Of a stretch of DNA of 64,000 bases, positions 45,486 through 55,897 are shown piece by piece. The notes beneath the pieces were generated by a model, which was not told where the DNA came from, searched no databases, and saw only the letters and a program-made list of their open reading frames with translations. The stretch is from NCBI GenBank assembly GCA_964453525.1, contig CAYVOV010000003.1, positions 2,099-66,098 of the forward strand. Reading direction: 5' to 3'. How positions within the stretch are numbered: position 1 is the stretch's first letter; each line of letters opens with the position of its first letter. The translations under genes were made by a program, and so were the position numbers. Source of the stretch: an uncultured Dehalococcoidales bacterium (GTDB lineage: Bacteria; Chloroflexota; Dehalococcoidia; Dehalococcoidales; UBA2162).

Positions 45486-47255
45486 TCAGTATCCCATCTT
45501 CTCCTTTAAATCCTGGTCAATCCATACATAGTAGCTCCAGAGCGTCTGGTCATCGATGCCCAGAGAGCCTTCACCATGGTAGTTCTGCAGCCACGGCCAC
45601 CATAAGGTATATGCCTTCGGTACCGGCAGCCAGACTGCCACACACTCTTCGAGAATAAACGGGACTGCTTCTTTCAGCAAAGCGGCATACTTCGTATCGT
45701 CTTTGGCAACGCAGAGGCGCTGCTCGTTATAAATACGTCTGGTGTATGGATGCTCAAAGTAGCTGAAGCAGTCGAAGCTTTCCTTGCGGGTATTGTGCAT
45801 ATCATAGGGGAATAAAGCAGTAGGAGAGGCGGTATAGACACCCTGCTCGTAAGACCTGTCCCTCTTCATGCTCCGGGCTACGCCTGATTCCACCTGCTCA
45901 ATCTCAAGCTCAACTCCAACCTTGGCGAAGTACTCTTTGATTATAGCCAGGAAATCAGTCTCGGCAGCCGAACCGGAAAGTATCGAGCACTTGAAGCCAT
46001 CGGGGTAGCCTGCCTCGGCTAAAAGCTGCTTTGCCTTATCAGGTTTGTAGGTAAACAGCTCCGGGACCGTGCACTCCGAACCCTCCTGGGTTGGTTCTTT
46101 CGGCATTTCGTCTAGCGGTGTATAGAAGGGCTCCCAAGCCTTGTAGGGCGGGTACGGAGTACCCAGCAGGTTGGCGTCACCATCGTAGTAGTCATCTATT
46201 ATTTCCTGCTGGTTTATTGCCAGAGTCAACGCCTGACGGACCTTGAGGTCCTTGAAAGGCAGTTCTTCTTTATCAACCCTGAAGTATAGCTGGTTGTCCC
46301 TGCCACTTATCTCCTTGGACTTCAAATCAGGAAATTGTTTCATCAGCAGCCGGGCATCGTCGAGAGAGAGTGTCATCCAGAAAGAGGTATCGACCTTGCC
46401 GCTACGCAGTGCTGCCACCTGGGTCGAAGCGTCAGTTATTATAAGTTGTTTGACAGTATCCACGTAAGGCAGCCTGTTCTTGGGGTGCAGTGGGTCGAAC
46501 TGCCAGTAATTGGGATTCTTCTGATAAGTTATGGAGCTGCCGGAAACATAGTCTGTCAGTATAAACGCCCCGGTCCCACAGACATTTTTCCAGTCCTTCA
46601 TATCCCCATACGTTTCTATTACTTCACGCGGGAGTATGTAAGCCCAGGCGGAACTGTAGATAACACCGGCCACACCCAGAGCATGTGGCTCGAATTCGAT
46701 TTCAAGCGTCCAATCATCAAGAGCCCTCGCCTCGACCAGTTTCTCATCCTCCGGGCCGATTACAGTATGGACACCTTTAGTCCAGAGACGGGTGATACCC
46801 CAGGCTACGTCTTCAGCGGTGAGCTCCCGGCCGTTCATCGGCGGTTTATCCCACCAGTGGACTCCTTTCCGTATCTGGAAACGCAGGGTCCTGTCATCCT
46901 TGTATTCCCAGCTTTCGCATAACTGACCTGTTAGCAGGTCCTTAAAACCAAGACAACCGGAGGCCCAGTCTGTTTCTCCGGTACCGGCCGGTCCCTTTGC
47001 CCAGTCTCCCATCAGCAGTTCTTCGTTACACGTGAAGAGGGTTTTGCATTCCATCATAAAATTGTAATACGGGTCGAAGCCGAAAGGCTCACTGAAGACG
47101 TAGGTGAGTGTTCCGCCGTACTTCGGCTCTTCGGGGAGCGATAAACCTCCTTCTCCTTCTTCCTCTTCTGTCTCCGCAGGACCGCACGACGCTATTATAA
47201 GAGATAGCACCATAAGGCAACTTATCAACAACAAAGTGATCTTTTTTAAACTCAC
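45486..47255 (-). CDS. ABC transporter substrate-binding lipoprotein (family 5, peptide/nickel type)
   Basis: 589 aa. Signal peptide with lipobox LIIASC. Length and composition are typical of SBP_bac_5. Confidence 0.75.
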   Translation of the reverse strand: MSLKKITLLLISCLMVLSLIIASCGPAETEEEEGEGGLSLPEEPKYGGTLTYVFSEPFGFDPYYNFMMECKTLFTCNEELLMGDWAKGPAGTGETDWASGCLGFKDLLTGQLCESWEYKDDRTLRFQIRKGVHWWDKPPMNGRELTAEDVAWGITRLWTKGVHTVIGPEDEKLVEARALDDWTLEIEFEPHALGVAGVIYSSAWAYILPREVIETYGDMKDWKNVCGTGAFILTDYVSGSSITYQKNPNYWQFDPLHPKNRLPYVDTVKQLIITDASTQVAALRSGKVDTSFWMTLSLDDARLLMKQFPDLKSKEISGRDNQLYFRVDKEELPFKDLKVRQALTLAINQQEIIDDYYDGDANLLGTPYPPYKAWEPFYTPLDEMPKEPTQEGSECTVPELFTYKPDKAKQLLAEAGYPDGFKCSILSGSAAETDFLAIIKEYFAKVGVELEIEQVESGVARSMKRDRSYEQGVYTASPTALFPYDMHNTRKESFDCFSYFEHPYTRRIYNEQRLCVAKDDTKYAALLKEAVPFILEECVAVWLPVPKAYTLWWPWLQNYHGEGSLGIDDQTLWSYYVWIDQDLKEKMGY

Positions 47256-47719
47256 AATTTATCCTCCTTCAAATACAAATATATATCAGAAATGAGGCAT
47301 CTTTGATTTTAAACTGAATCATATCAAAACCATACCTCCTTATTTGCCGACCCCGCTATAGGACTGCCCTGGTTAGTGAACCGTTACTTAACTGCCAGGC
47401 TGGGAAAGAAAACCCACAGTGTGCAGGACTGTATAGCAGGGCCAGCATCAGTTTATTATTCACCTGTGAATGTGATAAGAACATATCTGCTGACCAATAA
47501 TATTAACGATAGTTCTACAAAAAGTCAACATTTTTGCATAATAATGAATAACTTGTTTACCCCAATGAGCGTGCGAATACATTCTTGATTATATATTCAG
47601 TATGAAAAGAGAAACGGAATACAGAAGGAGTTTGGATTATAAAATAATACAAATATATGGGTTGATTATAAAAATGACAGAGGATAGCAGTCTATTCTTA
47701 CCGACTACCAGTAACCGGG

Positions 47720-49564
47720 TTATTCCGAGTCGGAGGCGCTCAGGGTCTCATACATCTGGGCGTAAAGACCCTTCTTGGCCAGCAGCTCTTTATGGTTGCC
47801 TATCTCGGCGATTTTCCCCTGCTCAAGTGCCACAATGCGGTCGGCACTGGTGATTGTTGACAGCCGGTGAGCAATAATGAGACAGGTGCGCCCCTTAGCC
47901 AGGTTGCGGAGCGACCTCTGCATGATACGCTCTGTATTTGTATCTACGTTGGAGGTAGCTTCATCGAGTATCATAATCGGCGGGTCAGCCAGGATTGCCC
48001 TGGCTAGGCAAACAAGCTGGCGCTGCCCGGCACTGAGGTTGCCGCCCCTTTCTCCTACCGGGGTATCGTAGCCACGGTCGAGGTGTGAAATAAAGTCATG
48101 AACTCCCGCCGCTCTGGCTGCCTCGATAACATCTTCATGGCTGGCGTCAAGGCGTCCGTAGCGGATATTATCCTCGATAGTACCGGAAAAGAGAAAGGCA
48201 TCCTGCGGAACAATGCCTATCTGTTTTCTCAACGATTCCTGGGTGATCGAGCCCACGCTGTAACCATCAACTGTAATCTCACCCTTTTCTATCTCATAGA
48301 AGCGGGAGGTCAGGTTCATCAGGCTGCTCTTTCCGGCACCCGTCCGGCCGACGAAGGCGACCGTCTCTCCCGGGTTGACGGTCAGGTTGATGTTGTGGAG
48401 TACCTCGACATCGGGCTCATAGGCAAAGCTTACATCATTAAACTTCAGTTCGCCTTTTATCGGCGGTAACTCAACCGCCCCGGGTTTATCGTTGATTTCA
48501 GGCTTGACATCGAGAAGCTCGAAGATTCGCGCCCCGGAAGCCATCGCTCGCTGGAGTTCCGTGTACTGCATTGTCAATTGCATCACCGGCTCAAAGAAAC
48601 GCTGGATATAGAGGATAAACATCAGCAAAACGCCCACTCCCATCGTCCCGGCCAGGACCTGATAGCCGCCGAAGATAATCAGCAGTGCGTAGGCAATGGC
48701 GGTCGTTATCTGTACGGTGGGCATCATCAGCGCCTGTAACCTGACGGCGCTGATATTGGCATTAAGGTGGTCTCTGTTGACGCTGTCGAACTGCCTGGCA
48801 TTCACCTGCTCCCGGGACAGACTCTGGACAACACGTACCCCGGAGATGCTTTCCTGAAGCTGGTCATTAACCACGGCAATAGCCTGGCGCACCCGGATGA
48901 AAGCGCGGCGGGCATATTTTTGCCAGATGAAAATAGCCAGACCCAGTAATGGCACCACGGAGAGAGTAATAAGGGCTAACCGGGGATTCATGACAATCAT
49001 GACGATGGTGATACCAACCAGGGTGAGAATGCTGGTGAATATGTTCAGAACACCGTTGGTAACGACTTCCTGCAACTGACCGACATCGTTTTGCACGCGG
49101 GACATAAGCTTGCCCACCTTGTTGTGGTCGAAGAAGCTGAGCGATAGCCGGTGCAGGTGATTAAACATCTCGGTACGCATTCTAAAGAGTATCGATTGAC
49201 CTGCATAGGCAAGAAAGAGAGTGGACATGTACTCCCCGCCCCACATCAGCAGCATCACCACCACCATAGCAATGACGATAATATTGAGCCCGGAAAGGTT
49301 GCCCTGCTCAATAAACCTGTCGGTGGCAATACCCACCATGGCGGGTATTGCAAGCTGGGCAAGGGTGCGAACCACCATGCCAATGGCACCCAGAGCCATC
49401 CATTTTTTAACCGGCGCCAGGTATCGGGGCAGTCTGGCTACGACCTTGCTATCGTATAGTTTACCCAGTTCCTCTTCTTCGTCAATATCGAGGGCACTGT
49501 GCAACCTGCCCCCGTGAGGCCCGCCGTGACCACCGCCACCGCCAAATCCGCCGCCGTGAAACAT
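47720..49564 (-). CDS. ABC exporter, fused permease/ATPase
   Basis: GRTGAGKSS, LSAGQRQ, ILDEATS. N-terminal Gly-rich tail and six TM segments. Confidence 0.85.
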   Translation of the reverse strand: MFHGGGFGGGGGHGGPHGGRLHSALDIDEEEELGKLYDSKVVARLPRYLAPVKKWMALGAIGMVVRTLAQLAIPAMVGIATDRFIEQGNLSGLNIIVIAMVVVMLLMWGGEYMSTLFLAYAGQSILFRMRTEMFNHLHRLSLSFFDHNKVGKLMSRVQNDVGQLQEVVTNGVLNIFTSILTLVGITIVMIVMNPRLALITLSVVPLLGLAIFIWQKYARRAFIRVRQAIAVVNDQLQESISGVRVVQSLSREQVNARQFDSVNRDHLNANISAVRLQALMMPTVQITTAIAYALLIIFGGYQVLAGTMGVGVLLMFILYIQRFFEPVMQLTMQYTELQRAMASGARIFELLDVKPEINDKPGAVELPPIKGELKFNDVSFAYEPDVEVLHNINLTVNPGETVAFVGRTGAGKSSLMNLTSRFYEIEKGEITVDGYSVGSITQESLRKQIGIVPQDAFLFSGTIEDNIRYGRLDASHEDVIEAARAAGVHDFISHLDRGYDTPVGERGGNLSAGQRQLVCLARAILADPPIMILDEATSNVDTNTERIMQRSLRNLAKGRTCLIIAHRLSTITSADRIVALEQGKIAEIGNHKELLAKKGLYAQMYETLSASDSE

Positions 49565-51363
49565 TATTCTTCTCCTCCGGATTCTTTATCGGAATCTTCA
49601 CCGGCTCCATTATCAACAAGAAGCTGCGATTGATATACCTGATGATAGAGTTCATTCTTAGCCATCAGTTCACTGTGTTTACCTTTTTCAATGAGCTGAC
49701 CATCCTTGAGCATCAGGATAAGGTCGGCGTTCTTTATTATCGGCAGACGGTGGGTGATAATGAAGGTAGTCCGCCCCTTAATCAGGCTATTCAAAGCCTG
49801 GCGGATGAGACGTTCGGTCTCAGCATCAACGCTGGACATCGAGTCATCCAGGATAAGGATGCTTGGATTTATCAGCAGCGTCCGGGCGATAGCCAGCCGT
49901 TGCTTCTCGCCGCCGGAGAGAGTTAGTCCCCGTTCACCCACCCAGGTATCATAGCCATCAGGAAGGCTCTCAATAAAATCATGAAGATGGGCTGCTTTTG
50001 ATACGGCTATTATCTGCTCCATATCAGCATTCACCGCTCCATAGGAAATATTGTCCTTTATAGTCCCGGAAAACAGGAATATATCCTGCTGGGCAATCCC
50101 CACGTTACGGCGTAATGAGGCTATTGTCATATCACGGATATCTGTATTATCTATCTTGATACTCCCCGCCGTGACATCATAAAACCTCGGCAGCAGGTTG
50201 GCTATGGTACTCTTGCCGCTGCCCGAACCACCGAGTAAAGCCACCAGGTTACCGGGTTTTACGCTGAAGCTTACATTATTGAGCGTCGGAGCCATCGAAT
50301 CATAGCTGAAGGTGACACCTTCAAAAGTTACCTCACCCTCAACCTTTCCTATATCAATGGCACCCGGGTTTTCCTTAACTGCGGATTCGGTATCAAGTAT
50401 CTCCAGGATGCGCTGCCCGGCCGAAACGGTACGGGAAAGCAGGTTACCCATCATTCCCAGGCGGCGGACCGGCATCACGAGCATGCTAATATAGAGTATG
50501 AATGCGGTAAGGTCCCCTGGAGTCATAAATCCGGCTGCAACCTGGCGTCCGCCATACCAGAGAATAAGCACTGTGGGCAGCCCCATGAAAAACAGCATAA
50601 GAGGCAGGTTGAAAGCCATCTGCCGGGCAACGTCGATGTGCTCGTTATAAAGCAATGTTGCCTGGCCAGAGAATTTCCTGTCCTCTTCCTTCTGGCGTGA
50701 GAAAGCCTTCACTATTCTGACCCCGGTGAGGCTCTCCTCGAGTATCGTCCCCAGGGTAGCCATAAGCTCCTGGATCTTGAGCCAGATAGGGCGGAGACGG
50801 TTGCTGAAGGTAATCGTCCGCCAGGCAATAAGGGGCATAAAGGCAAGAGTCAGCAAAGCAAGCTGCCAGTTCGTAATAAACAGGATACAAGAGACGGCAA
50901 CAAGCATGATAACCAGTTGAGCGATGCCGAGTATTCCCATTCCAAAGAACATCCGTATCGCTTCAACATCAACAGTAGCCCGTGACATCAATTGTCCCGT
51001 CTGTGCCTGGTCATGATAAGCGAAACTAAGGCGCTGTAACCGCTCGTAGATGGCGTTTCTAATATCATAGGATGTTTTCTGGGAAACAGTCTGGCTGAGG
51101 AAGGTCTGACCGTAGTCCGAAATCCCCCTCAGGGCGCTGGAAGCAATAACAGTCGCGGCAACCAGCCAGATAGCTGTCTCCCGCGGCATTTGCCACCACA
51201 GGAAACCACTTTCGGTTACCTTGAGAGCAGTATCGATGCCGTTCCCGAGCATCTTTGGTACAATCAGGCCAAAAGCGGTGCTGAGTGCCAGACAGATAAA
51301 GGCAAGGACCAACCAGCCCCAGCGACTCCTGACAAAAACTATTAAACGCAGTATCGTTTTCAT
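49564..51363 (-). CDS. ABC exporter, fused permease/ATPase (heterodimer partner)
   Basis: GGSGSGKST, LSGGEKQR, ILDDSMS. Its stop overlaps the start of the downstream partner. Confidence 0.85.
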   Translation of the reverse strand: MKTILRLIVFVRSRWGWLVLAFICLALSTAFGLIVPKMLGNGIDTALKVTESGFLWWQMPRETAIWLVAATVIASSALRGISDYGQTFLSQTVSQKTSYDIRNAIYERLQRLSFAYHDQAQTGQLMSRATVDVEAIRMFFGMGILGIAQLVIMLVAVSCILFITNWQLALLTLAFMPLIAWRTITFSNRLRPIWLKIQELMATLGTILEESLTGVRIVKAFSRQKEEDRKFSGQATLLYNEHIDVARQMAFNLPLMLFFMGLPTVLILWYGGRQVAAGFMTPGDLTAFILYISMLVMPVRRLGMMGNLLSRTVSAGQRILEILDTESAVKENPGAIDIGKVEGEVTFEGVTFSYDSMAPTLNNVSFSVKPGNLVALLGGSGSGKSTIANLLPRFYDVTAGSIKIDNTDIRDMTIASLRRNVGIAQQDIFLFSGTIKDNISYGAVNADMEQIIAVSKAAHLHDFIESLPDGYDTWVGERGLTLSGGEKQRLAIARTLLINPSILILDDSMSSVDAETERLIRQALNSLIKGRTTFIITHRLPIIKNADLILMLKDGQLIEKGKHSELMAKNELYHQVYQSQLLVDNGAGEDSDKESGGEE

Positions 51364-51425
51364 TTCACAATAACTTCTTTAAAGTCGGCCAATACAGGCC
51401 CCGACTAAAGCGAGTTATAAGTTGG

Positions 51426-51956
51426 TCAAACTTCCAGGATATCGTCATAAGCACGGGAAAGAACTTTCCGCATACGGTTCAGCTTTTTGGTGTCTGCCGT
51501 GCGCGCCTTATCTCTGAGCAGTCCGGCAAGTTTTCTAAGCTCGCTCATCGTCTTACTTACGTCATCAGTATTTTCCGGATTCCACCAGCTTTCTATCTGG
51601 TTTCTGATTCTCTCTGCGAACTCCTTTTGCTCATCCAGAAAGCCGAGTCCCTCATCGGTTACGGTGTATACTTTTTTACCTTCCTGCTCACCGGAGGTGA
51701 CATAGCCCATTTCCTCAAGCATCTGGAGAGTCGGATAGACGCTGCCCGGGCTGGGCGTATAGAAGTTGTGGAAGCGTTCCTGCAGCGCCCGGATAATCTC
51801 ATATCCATAGCTCGGCTTATCCTTAAGGTGCTCTAGCAGGATGTACTTAAAATCTCCCCGCTGGAACGGTCTTCCCCGTCCCGGCCCGTGGAATAGGTGT
51901 TTCTGGTGACGTCTCTCCATAAAGATTCTCAGCCTTGACCCGGGTGGAAGTAGCAT
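51426..51956 (-). CDS. PadR-family transcriptional regulator
   Basis: FKYILLEHLKDKPSYGYEIIRAL...SPGSVYPTLQMLEEMGYV. The likely true start is MERRHQK at 51920. Confidence 0.8.
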   Translation of the reverse strand: MLLPPGSRLRIFMERRHQKHLFHGPGRGRPFQRGDFKYILLEHLKDKPSYGYEIIRALQERFHNFYTPSPGSVYPTLQMLEEMGYVTSGEQEGKKVYTVTDEGLGFLDEQKEFAERIRNQIESWWNPENTDDVSKTMSELRKLAGLLRDKARTADTKKLNRMRKVLSRAYDDILEV

Positions 51957-51984
51957 ATAACGATATATCGTTATATGCTACTTC
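51947..51984. promoter_or_regulatory. 38-bp perfect palindrome, candidate PadR operator
   Basis: gaagtagcatataacgatatatcgttatatgctacttc equals its own reverse complement. It lies 27 bp upstream of ATG 51920. Confidence 0.6.
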
Positions 51985-52099
51985 AATTTTAAGACACTTT
52001 ATTATCATTGTCAAGTAGATAGGATTTGTCTGTCGTGTTATATTAACCATAATAATCCGGGCAGTACGGTATTACAAATTTGTTACTTGATGTGCGTTT

Positions 52100-53563
52100 A
52101 TGAGAATATCTAAAGGTGTGATGAAGTGGTCAGTTATACCGGTAGTTATTGCCCTTTACAGCCAGCTTGTCTTCCCGGGAACGGTAATTGCTGCCCCGGA
52201 TAACGGTACGCAGGTGAAAGAGCTCAACTTTGTTTTTCTTCACGGCGCCGGCGGTAATACCTGCTCTTTTCAACTTCTCGAGGACTATATATTCGATGAG
52301 GCATATAAATATATTTCCAGGTACAAACGGACCAACCCCGGCACCGAGGTCCGGATTAACACTCTAAAGCGATGTTACCCGGGCTATATGGATATCAAGA
52401 GCTGGGCAAGGAATATTGCCGATAGCATCAATGAGTATCTGCCGAAAAAGAAAAACCTGATTCTGGTGGGACACAGCATGGGAGGAAAGACGGCCCTCTA
52501 CGCTGTGGCTAACAACATTGGCGGTATTGCCGAAAGAGTGGCAATGGTTGTTACAATAAACAGTCCGGTTAAGGGGCTGAACAGGTATTTCGTAACCGGC
52601 GGCGGCTCGGTTTACGATTACCTGCAGGCTCTGTGGCATCTCCTTGACCAGGGAGTATCCACTTCCGTGGCTTTTCATGATAGCTCGGAAGACGGCGACT
52701 GGGTCGCAACAAATAAGCACTGGCTGGCGTTTATCTCCGGTGAATCGGCCCCGCTGAGCAAACAGTTCGATTTTACCGGAGTCGACCCCTGGCCGAGAGA
52801 CATGGACGACGGTCTGGTGCCTCTTTCCGCTCAATACGCGGAGGGAGCCGATGTTATTTACTACGGAAGCCTCGGGCACAGCGATTTCGCCGGGATGGAT
52901 TCTATTTCGGAATTTATTGGCGATACAATCCTGCGTTACATTTTCGGCGATTATATAGATTTCTCCGTTTTCTCCAGGAGCGGTATTTTAAACCATAAAG
53001 CTGACTGGCTGTTGGGAACTGACCACTGGTATGATACCGTCGGCGGAATGCCTTCAAGCAGCGATACCGTAGTGCATAGAAACGAGTCATATTTCAAATG
53101 GCAAGAGTGGGAGGATGTGGTCGGTGAATGTCCGGCCGGAGCAAAACGGGATAAATTTTATGTCAGCCGCGTTTCCTCCGCATTCCTGACCGGCCTTCAG
53201 GAAGCGCGCTGGAATTCTGATAATGTTGAAGACTGCCGGCTCTACCTGAGAACCAGGGCTGCGCCCCGCAACACTGTTGAAGTGAACTGGAGTATCCACG
53301 AGCAGGGACTGTTATCACCTCAGAAAGAGCGTGATTATTATGAAGTGAAAATAGTCGCTGGCACCCCGCTCACCAGCATCAAAGGTATTACCTGGGAAAC
53401 ATATGATCCACTCGACCCCAGAATTAAAATATCATCGGAGGCGCAGAGTCCTTTCCGCTGGTTTAAGGCTGAATGGAGGGTTTACTCTATAGAGACCCGG
53501 AAAAGAAAGGTCATTGATGAGATGTCCGGGGAGATTATACCGGGCACTGGTGGCAGCAGTTGA
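52100..53563 (+). CDS. secreted alpha/beta hydrolase (lipase/esterase-like) with C-terminal extension
   Basis: N-terminal signal-like segment. Nucleophile elbow GHSMGG. Confidence 0.6.
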   Translation: MRISKGVMKWSVIPVVIALYSQLVFPGTVIAAPDNGTQVKELNFVFLHGAGGNTCSFQLLEDYIFDEAYKYISRYKRTNPGTEVRINTLKRCYPGYMDIKSWARNIADSINEYLPKKKNLILVGHSMGGKTALYAVANNIGGIAERVAMVVTINSPVKGLNRYFVTGGGSVYDYLQALWHLLDQGVSTSVAFHDSSEDGDWVATNKHWLAFISGESAPLSKQFDFTGVDPWPRDMDDGLVPLSAQYAEGADVIYYGSLGHSDFAGMDSISEFIGDTILRYIFGDYIDFSVFSRSGILNHKADWLLGTDHWYDTVGGMPSSSDTVVHRNESYFKWQEWEDVVGECPAGAKRDKFYVSRVSSAFLTGLQEARWNSDNVEDCRLYLRTRAAPRNTVEVNWSIHEQGLLSPQKERDYYEVKIVAGTPLTSIKGITWETYDPLDPRIKISSEAQSPFRWFKAEWRVYSIETRKRKVIDEMSGEIIPGTGGSS

Positions 53564-53583
53564 CAGGCTCACTTCCCGGACTT

Positions 53584-54336
53584 TTAAGAATCACCCGGTG
53601 ATAAATCACGGCGGCTGTGTGTTGCCGCATTCTGTAAGATAAGGCCGGTAAATAATAAAAATACACCGGTGAACCATTCTTGTGTCCTGACAAGAAGCCA
53701 GACGCCGCCGGCAGCTACTATTACCCCGAATACCCACCCAATCCAGCCGGAGATACGTGTCACCTTTTCATAATTGCCGGTCAGTTTCCAGAGCAGTGCT
53801 CTTAGCACTCTACCCATATCCAGTGGAAAACCGGGAACAAGGTGAAAAAAGGTAAGCATCAGATAGATAAATGCCAGCCACTGGATTAGTACGTTAATAA
53901 CTATGTGTCCGGTGGCGGCAAACGCCGTATAAATGATAAAGAATACTCCGGCTATCATCACGTTTATCAGCATTCCGCTGACTGCCAGCAGCAGGTCAAG
54001 CGAGGGGCAGGAGGACTCTTTATTCACTTCATGGACCGCGCCAAAGGCAAAAAGTGTCACCCGCTTCACGGCAATGCCTCGGTTTACGGCAATGAAATTG
54101 AGAACAAACTCTCGGGTGGTTATTCCAAAGAAGAAAAGCACACTGGCGGCTATACCCAGTATTATCCGGTACCTGAGGGAATAGTCCGTAGAGAACTGTG
54201 TTATCACGGCGGCGGTAATAGATGCAAAGGCAAGCAGCCAAGTGTAATGCAGCCGCACCCGTACACCGAGAATCCGGCTGAGATACGGAACAACCAGTTC
54301 ACTTCTCCTGAAAAAAGATGGAATCCGTTCCTTCAT
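53584..54336 (-). CDS. M50 (site-2 protease)-like membrane protein lacking HExxH
   Basis: HLVPGFPLDMGRVL (NxxPxxxLDG-like) is present. The expected HExxH position reads REFVL. Confidence 0.45.
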   Translation of the reverse strand: MKERIPSFFRRSELVVPYLSRILGVRVRLHYTWLLAFASITAAVITQFSTDYSLRYRIILGIAASVLFFFGITTREFVLNFIAVNRGIAVKRVTLFAFGAVHEVNKESSCPSLDLLLAVSGMLINVMIAGVFFIIYTAFAATGHIVINVLIQWLAFIYLMLTFFHLVPGFPLDMGRVLRALLWKLTGNYEKVTRISGWIGWVFGVIVAAGGVWLLVRTQEWFTGVFLLFTGLILQNAATHSRRDLSPGDS

Positions 54337-54428
54337 AGCTACAGGATAGTATATCCAACGGCGGGTATTACGGCAAGAAAGGGTGAGGGAGGAATAAATT
54401 ATGAAGGCTGTATGTGTTTGTTCCCTTT

Positions 54429-55214
54429 TTACTGGCTTACCACAGCCAGGAACGCTTTGACGTACGGGACCACTAGGTCGCTCTGGACTATAGCCGTGAT
54501 GTGGTTAAAACCGGTCATAGAGATAAAAGCTGCCCGCGGCATGTGTTCAACACTTTCCCTGGCTCCGGCATGGAACGGGTCAAGGTCGCCGCAGTAGACG
54601 AGACATGGCACCGGTATTCCCGCCAGGTCCTGGTTGGTCAGTGGTAGAGTGTCAAGGAGGCCTGACTGCATCGTGATGGACGCCTCTGCATCCCTGGCTA
54701 GTAACTCACTCCTTTCCTCGGGTGACAGGGAACACCCGAGCAGATTTTCCATCCACTGTATATAAGCTTCAGGGTCGGTGCGGAGTAATTTATACCCTTC
54801 TATTGATATATTGATTGCCTTGACCATTTCATCAGGCCATTCGTATGGAGTCATACCCCCGAGGATGAAACTACAGAACCGTGCGGCGTGGCGGGTGGCA
54901 AGTGTAAATCCTACCGTAGCCCCCATAGAGTAACCGAAGTAATGCGCCCTGGTTGTTCCCAGCGCATCAAGTACAGCTACCACGTCATCTGACATCCCGG
55001 TCCTGTGGCTAGATACTTCATCAGGCTTATCACTCCGCCCGTGTCCCCGGAAATCAAGTAAAATCAGCTGAAATTCATCCTTAAGGCCATCCGTGTAACC
55101 CCATTCCCGCCACATATCCAGAGTGTAACTGCCTCCATGTCCCAGCACCAGAGGCGGGCCTTCTCCCTCAACCTCATAATAGATACGAACGCCTTGATTT
55201 TCTGCATATGGCAT
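54429..55214 (-). CDS. alpha/beta hydrolase
   Basis: HGGS oxyanion region, GYSMGA nucleophile elbow, 261 aa. Confidence 0.75.
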   Translation of the reverse strand: MPYAENQGVRIYYEVEGEGPPLVLGHGGSYTLDMWREWGYTDGLKDEFQLILLDFRGHGRSDKPDEVSSHRTGMSDDVVAVLDALGTTRAHYFGYSMGATVGFTLATRHAARFCSFILGGMTPYEWPDEMVKAINISIEGYKLLRTDPEAYIQWMENLLGCSLSPEERSELLARDAEASITMQSGLLDTLPLTNQDLAGIPVPCLVYCGDLDPFHAGARESVEHMPRAAFISMTGFNHITAIVQSDLVVPYVKAFLAVVSQ

Positions 55215-55238
55215 ATGCTACCTTCTTTTCCGGAGAGA

Positions 55239-55424
55239 CTACGCCTTTAAAATATCCTTGTGCCTTAACGCCCGCTCCAGTGACGGTTTCATCTTCATCT
55301 CGCGGAACTCCTTGATGGCGAAGTCGAGGTGCTCGAGGGCTTCTTTCTCTTCATCCGGGTAGTACTCTAGCAACAACTCGGCAAGCTGAAGCCGGGTAAG
55401 GGTGATTTCAGGGCGGAATATCAT
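55239..55424 (-). pseudogene. possible C-terminal TPR-type fragment of a larger regulator
   Basis: A 61-aa ORF resembling only the terminal helices (LAELLLEYYPDEEKEALEHLDFAIKEFREMKM). It lies next to the right inverted repeat. Confidence 0.3.
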
Positions 55425-55544
55425 TTGTACATACCCGGATTATCAGCCTGACACCTGGGACACTTCATATTTTGCGTTTCCGTACCTGATGAGTGCCTAT
55501 AGTCTATGACCGCCGATAATTATTGTCAAGCAATCGGAATTTCG

Positions 55545-55743
55545 CCTTTTACTTAATCATGGTTGCACAGGCAACAATGAATATCAATATTTCTTTTGCC
55601 GTTGTGGTTTCCTTCGGCTTCGCTCAGGACAGGCTAACGGCTCACCATGAGCGGCACACATTCCCACTCACCCTGAGCTTGTCGAAGGGTCTCCAACTAA
55701 GATTGAGAAGAACCGAATTTTGGGTTCTGTTCGGTTTTGGTTG
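55545..55743. repeat. right copy of ~200-bp inverted repeat
   Basis: Reverse complement of 32512-32735, minus the 26-bp duplication. I counted 4 mismatches in the last 60 bp and none in the central ~120 bp. Confidence 0.8.
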
Positions 55744-55897
55744 AATGAAGTGCTATCCATTTTTATTTTATCTATTCCCACTCACCGCTCTTGAAGAAGC
55801 TAAAGAGAGGAGAGGTAAAAGATACTAACCAGTGCAAGAAGAACCATACATAATCGGTGTTGTATATAAGTGCACTATCTGCTATAGTTGATGCGCA

